Both the position numbers and the translations under genes were made by a program. From the human T2T-CHM13v2.0 reference genome, Homo sapiens, in assembly GCF_009914755.1 (NCBI RefSeq), contig NC_060925.1: a stretch of 64,000 nt of DNA; one strand, given 5' to 3'. Below are positions 57,376-64,000 of this stretch, piece after piece. The notes beneath the pieces were generated by a model. The model saw nothing but the letters and a program-made list of their open reading frames with translations. It was not told the origin of the DNA and made no database searches. Numbering within the stretch: the first letter of the stretch is position 1; every line of letters begins with the position of its first letter.

Positions 57376-60300
57376 ATGGAATCGTCATCGAATGAATTGA
57401 ATGCAATCATCGAATGGTCTCGAATGGAATCATCTTCAAATGGAATGGAATGGAATCATCGCATAGAATCGAATGGAATTTTCATCGAATGGAATCGAAT
57501 GGAATCAACATCAAACGGAAAAAAACGGAATTATCGAATGGAATCGAAGAGAATCACCGAATGGACCCGAATGGAATCATCTAATGGAATGGAATGGAAT
57601 AATCCATGGACTCGAATGCAATCATCATCGAATGGAATCGAATGGAATCATCGAATGGACTCGAATGGAATAATCATTGAACGGAATCGAATGGAATCAT
57701 CATCGGATGGAAATGAATGGAATCATCATCGAATGGAATCGAATAGAATTATGGAATGAAATCCAGTGTGATCATCATCGAATGGACCCGAATGGAATCA
57801 TCATCCAACGGAAGCTAATGGAATCAACATCGAATGAATCAAATGGAAACACCATCGAATTGAAACGAATGGAATTACCATGAAATTGAAATGGATGGAC
57901 TCATCCTCAAATGGATTCGAGTGGAATCATCGAATAAAATTGATTGAAATCATCATCGAATGGAATCGAATGGTATCATTGAATGGAATCGAATGGAATC
58001 ATCATCAGATGGAAATGAAAGGAATCGTCATAGAATGGAATCGAATGGATTCATTGAATGGAATCAGATGGAATCATTGAATGGACTGGAATGGAATCAT
58101 TGAATGGACTCGAAAGGGATCATTATTGAATGGAATTGAATGGAATCATCGAATGGTCTCGATTGGAATCATTATCAAATGGAATCGAATGGAATCACCG
58201 AATAGAATCGAATGGAACAATCATCGAATGGACTCAAATGGAATTATCCTCAAATGAAATTGAATGGAATTATCGAATGCAATCGAATGGAATTATCAAA
58301 TGCAATCGAATAGAATCATCGAATGGACTCGAATGGAATCATCGAATGGAATGGAATGGAACAGTCAATGAACTCGAATGGAATCATCATTGAATGGAAT
58401 CGAATGGAATCATCGAGTGGAATCGAATGTAATCATCATCAAATGGAATCAAAAATAACCATCATCAAATGGAATCAAAAATAACCATCATCAATTGGTA
58501 TTGAATGGAATTCTCATCAAATGGAATTCAAAGGAATCATCATCAAATGGAACCTAATGGAATCCTCATTGAATGGAAATGAAAGGGGTCATCATCTAAT
58601 GGAATCGCATGGAATCATCATAAAATGGAATCGAATGGAATCAACATCAAATGGAATCAAATGGAATAATTGAACGGAATTGAATGGAATCGTCATCGAA
58701 TGAATTGAATGCAATCATCGAATGGTCTCGAATGGAATCATCTTCAAATGGAATGGAATGGAATCATCGCATAGAATCGAAAGGAATTATCATCGAATGG
58801 AATCGAATGGAATCAACAGCAAACGGAAAAAAACGGAATTATCGAATGGAATCGAAGAGAATCATCGAATGGACCCGAATGGAATCATCTAATGGAATGG
58901 AATGGAATAATCCATGGACTCGAATGCAATCATCATCGAATGGAATCGAATGGAATCATCGAATGGACTCGAATGGAATAATCATTGAACGGAATCGAAT
59001 GGAATCATCATCGGATGGAAATGAATGGAATCATCATCGAATGGAATCGAATAGAATTATGGAATGAAATCCAGTGTGATCATCATCGAATGGACCCGAA
59101 TGGAATCATCATCCAACGGATGCTAATGGAATCAACATCGAATGAATCAAATGGAAACACCATCGAATTGAAACTAATGGAATTACCATGAAATTGAAAT
59201 GGATGGACTCATCATCGAATGGATTCGAAAGGAATCATCGAATAAAATTGATTGAAATCATCATCGAATGGAATCGAATGGTATCATTGAATGGAATCGA
59301 ATGGAATCATCATCAGATGGAAATGAATGGAATCGTCATAGAATGGAATCGAATGGATTCATTGAATGGAATCAGATGGAATCATCGAATGGACTGGAAT
59401 GGAATCATTGAATGGACTTGAAAGGGATCATTATTGAATGGAATTGAATGGAATCATCGAATGGTCTCGATTGGAATCATTATAAAATGGAATCGAATGG
59501 AATCACCGAATAGAATCGAATGGAACAATCATCGAATGGACTCAAATGGAATTATCCTCAAATGGAATTGAATGGAATTATCGAATGCAATCGAATGGAA
59601 TTATCGAATGCAATCGAATAGAATCATCGAATGGACTCGAATGGAATCATCGAATGGAATGGAATGGAACAGTCAATGAACTCGAATGGAATCATCATTG
59701 AATGGAATCGAATGGAATCATCGAGTGGAATCGAATGTAATCATCATCAAATGGAATCAAAAATAACCATCATCAAATGGAATCAAAAATAACCATCATC
59801 AATTGGTATTGAATGGAATTCTCATCAAATGGAATTCAAAGGAATCATCATGAAATGGAACCGAATGGAATCCTCATTGAATGGAAATGAAAGGGGTCAT
59901 CATCTAATGGAATCGCATGGAATCATCATCAAATGGAATCGAATGGAATCAACATCAAATGGAATCAAATGGAATCATTGAACGGAATTGAATGGAATCG
60001 TCATTGAATGAATTGAATACAATCATCGAATGGTCTCGAATGGAATCATCTTCAAATGGAATGGAATGGAATCATCGCATAGAATCGAATGGAATTTTCA
60101 TCGAATGGAATCGAATGGAATCAACATCAAACGGAAAAAAACGGAATTATCGAATGGAATCGAAGATAATCACCGAATGGACCCGAATGGAATCATCTAA
60201 TGGAATGGAATGGAATAATCCATGGACTCGAATGCAATCATCATCGAATGGAATCGAATGGAATCATCGAATGGACTCGAATGGAATAATCATTGAACGG

Positions 60301-63300
60301 AATCGAATGGAATCATCATCGGATGGAAATGAATGGAATCATCATCGAATGGAATCGAATAGAATTATGGAATGAAATCCAGTGTGATCATCATCGAATG
60401 GACCCGAATGGAATCATCATCCAACGGAAGCTAATGGAATCAACATCGAATGAATCAAATGGAAACACCATCGAATTGAAACCAATGGAATTACCATGAA
60501 ATTGAAATGGATGGACTCATCCTCAAATGGATTCGAGTGGAATCATCGAATAAAATTGATTGAAATCATCATCGAATGGAATCGAATGGTATCATTGAAT
60601 GGAATCGAATGGAATCATCATCAGATGGAAATGAAAGGAATCGTCATAGAATGGAATCGAATGGATTCATTGAATGGAATCAGATGGAATCATTGAATGG
60701 ACTGGAATGGAATCATTGAATGGACTCGAAAGGGATCATTATTGAATGGAATTGAATGGAATCATCGAATGGTCTCGATTGGAATCATTATCAAATGGAA
60801 TCGAATGGAATCACCAAATAGAATCGAATGGAACAATCATCGAATGGACTCAAATGGAATAATCCTCAAATGGAATTGAATGGAATTATCGAATGCAATC
60901 GAATGGAATTATCGAATGCAATCGAATAGAATCATCGAATGGACTCGAATGGAATCATCGAATGGAATGGAATGGAACAGTCAATGAACTCGAATGGAAT
61001 CATCATTGAATGGAATCGAATGGAATCATCGAGTGGAATCGAATGTAATCATCATCAAATGGAATCAAAAATAACCATCATCAAATGGAATCAAAAATAA
61101 CCATCATCAATTGGTATTGAATGGAATTCTCATCAAATGGAATTCAAAGGAATCATCATCAAATGGAACCGAATGGAATCCTCATTGAATGGAAATGAAA
61201 GGGGTCATCATCTAATGGAATCGCATGGAATCATCATCAAATGGAATCGAATGGAATCAACATCAAATGGAATCAAATGGAATCATTGAACGGAATTGAA
61301 TGGAATCGTCATCGAATGAATTGAATGCAATCATCGAATGGTCTCGAATGGAATCATCTTCAAATGGAATGGAATGGAATCATCGCATAGAATCGAATGG
61401 AATTTTCATCGAATGGAATCGAATGGAATCAACATCAAACGGAAAAAAACGGAATTATCGAATGGAATCGAAGAGAATCACCGAATGGACCCGAATGGAA
61501 TCATCTAATGGAATGGAATGGAATAATCCATGGACTCGAATGCAATCATCATCGAATGGAATCGAATGGAATCATCGAATGGACTCGAATGGAATAATCA
61601 TTGAACGGAATCGAATGGAATCATCATCGGATGGAAATGAATGGAATCATCATCGAATGGAATCGAATAGAATTATGGAATGAAATCCAGTGTGATCATC
61701 ATCGAATGGACCCGAATGGAATCATCATCCAACGGAAGCTAATGGAATCAACATCGAATGAATCAAATGGAAACACCATCGAATTGAAACGAATGGAATT
61801 ACCATGAAATTGAAATGGATGGACTCATCCTCAAATGGATTCGAGTGGAATCATCGAATAAAATTGATTGAAATCATCATCGAATGGAATCGAATGGTAT
61901 CATCGAATGGAATCGAATGGAATCATCATCAGATGGAAATGAAAGGAATCGTCATAGAATGGAATCGAATGGATTCATTGAATGGAATCAGATGGAATCA
62001 TTGAATGGACTGGAATGGAATCATTGAATGGACTCGAAAGGGATCATTATTGAATGGAATTGAATGGAATCATCGAATGGTCTCGATTGGAATCATTATC
62101 AAATGGAATCGAATGGAATCACCGAATAGAATCGAATGGAACAATCATCGAATGGACTCAAATGGAATTATCCTCAAATGGAATTGAATGGAATTATCGA
62201 ATGCAATCGAATGGAATTATCGAATGCAATCGAATAGAATCATCGAATGGACTCGAATGGAATCATCGAATGGAATGGAATGGAACAGTCAATGAACTCG
62301 AATGGAATCATCATTGAATGGAATCGAATGGAATCATCGAGTGGAATCGAATGTAATCATCATCAAATGGAATCAAAAATAACCATCATCAAATGGAATC
62401 AAAAATAACCATCATCAATTGGTATTGAATGGAATTCTCATCAAATGGAATTCAAAGGAATCATCATCAAATGGAACCGAATGGAATCCTCATTGAATGG
62501 AAATGAAAGGGGTCATCATCTAATGGAATCACATGGAATCATCATCAAATGGAATCGAATGGAATCAACATCAAATGGAATCAAATGGAATAATTGAACG
62601 GAATTGAATGGAATCGTCATCGAATGAATTGAATGCAATCATCGAATGGTCTCGAATGGAATCATCTTCAAATGGAATGGAATGGAATCATCGCATAGAA
62701 TCGAAAGGAATTATCATCGAATGGAATCGAATGGAATCAACACCAAACGGAAAAAAACGGAATTATCGAATGGAATCGAAGAGAATCATCGAATGGACCC
62801 GAATGGAATCATCTAATGGAATGGAATGGAATAATCCATGGACTCGAATGCAATCATCATCGAATGGAATCGAATGGAATCATCGAATGGACTCGAATGG
62901 AATAATCATTGAACGGAATCGAATGGAATCATCATCGGATGGAAATGAATGGAATCATCATCGAATGGAATCGAATAGAATTATGGAATGAAATCCAGTG
63001 TGATCATCATCGAATGGACCCGAATGGAATCATCATCCAACGGATGCTAATGGAATCAACATCGAATGAATCAAATGGAAACACCATCGAATTGAAACGA
63101 ATGGAATTACCATGAAATTGAAATGGATGGACTCATCATCGAATGGATTCGAAAGGAATCATCGAATAAAATTGATTGAAATCATCATCGAATGGAATCG
63201 AATGGTATCATTGAATGGAATCAAATGGAATCATCATCAGATGGAAATGAATGGAATCGTCATAGAATGGAATCGAATGGATTCATTGAATGGAATCAGA

Positions 63301-64000
63301 TGGAATCATTGAATGGACTGGAATGGAATCATTGAATGGACTCGAAAGGGATCATTATTGAATGGAATTGAATGGAATCATCGAATGGTCTCGATTGGAA
63401 TCATTATCAAATGGAATCGAATGGAATCACCGAATAGAATCGAATGGAACAATCATCGAATGGACTCAAATGGAATTATCCTCAAATGGAATTGAATGGA
63501 ATTATCGAATGCAATCGAATGGAATTATCGAATGCAATCGAATAGAATCATCGAATGGACTCGAATGGAATCATCGAATGGAATGGAATGGAACAGTCAA
63601 TGAACTCGAATGGAATCATCATTGAATGGAATCGAATGGAATCATCGAGTGGAATCGAATGTAATCATCATCAAATGGAATCAAAAATAACCATCATCAA
63701 ATGGAATCAAAAATAACCATCATCAATTGGTATTGAATGGAATTCTCATCAAATGGAATTCAAAGGAATCATCATCAAATGGAACCGAATGGAATCCTCA
63801 TTGAATGGAAATGAAAGGGGTCATCATCTAATGGAATCGCATGGAATCATCATCAAATGGAATCGAATGGAATCAACATCAAATGGAATCAAATGGAATC
63901 ATTGAACGGAATTGAATGGAATCGTCATCGAATGAATTGAATGCAATCATCGAATGGTCTCGAATGGAATCATCTTCAAATGGAATGGAATGGAATCATC
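57376..64000 (+). repeat. Pure 1308-bp (single-module) monomer domain, continuing past the window end
   Basis: Starts at 57376, 58684, 59992, 61300, 62608 and 63916. All complete units carry the doubled ACCATCATCAAATGGAATCAAAAATA, GAATTCTCATC and TTACCATG variants. Confidence 0.94.

Larger units (their letters stand above)
1..64000 (+). repeat. Human satellite II (HSat2/HSATII) array, probably HSat2A 1.77-kb family (1q12-type pericentromeric heterochromatin)
   Basis: Continuous diverged (GAATG)n with the HSat2 signature GAATGGAATCGAATGGAATCATC(ATC), whose reverse complement contains CATTCGATTC. It shows dense TCGA, a 1776-bp dominant period and normally one EcoRI site per monomer (285, 2061, ...). 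This matches the classical 1.77-kb EcoRI satellite II repeat. The chromosome assignment comes from background knowledge, not from alignment. Confidence 0.97.

Noticed and set aside
445-63625. Over 200 short + strand ORFs (60-163 aa, rich in MEWN/GII/ESS)
   Set aside because: They are translations of GAATG-derived repeats, which supply many ATGs. They overlap in several frames, are broken by random stops in different copies, and show no domain, splice or promoter context. They are not credible genes.
1-64000. CRISPR-like repeat/spacer array or other prokaryotic system
   Set aside because: There are no unique spacers; all intervening sequence is itself degenerate GAATG repeat. No cas-like or other complex ORFs are present.
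1-64000. HSat3 or telomere-like simple repeat
   Set aside because: Perfect GGAAT runs reach only about three to four copies. The dominant unit is the CpG-containing 23/26-mer characteristic of HSat2.
1-64000. Transposon insertion, strand inversion or unique island
   Set aside because: None seen. Monomer lengths account exactly for 445-63915, there is no poly(A) tail or Alu/L1 sequence, and no switch to a CATTC-rich strand.

Overview
The whole 64 kb is one uninterrupted, single-orientation array of human-type satellite II (HSat2/HSATII), with the purine-rich (GAATG) strand on +. It most likely belongs to the 1.77/1.8-kb HSat2A family of pericentromeric heterochromatin. Chr1q12 is the most likely source, but I cannot exclude chr10 without alignment. 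I see no genes, RNA genes, transposon insertions, inversions or unique sequence. Every ORF in the track is a translation artefact of the repeat, and I used them only as positional markers. The structure is hierarchical: GAATG pentamer -> 23/26-bp submonomer -> 468-bp module (19 submonomers) plus an ~840-bp single-copy segment -> monomer of 840 + n x 468 bp. Between 445 and 63915 there are 38 monomers: 20 of 1776 bp, 12 of 1308 bp, 2 of 2218, 2 of 2243, one of 2663 and one of 670. These lengths sum exactly to 63471 bp. Young super-repeats overlie the monomers: 7944 bp x2, 7545 bp x2 plus a partial third copy, and a 3924-bp trimer. The window spans a transition from a 1776-bp domain, through a mixed zone, into a pure 1308-bp domain. 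I found no evidence of a new protein- or RNA-coding system. The findings concern satellite architecture, recombination history and possible factor-binding sites.
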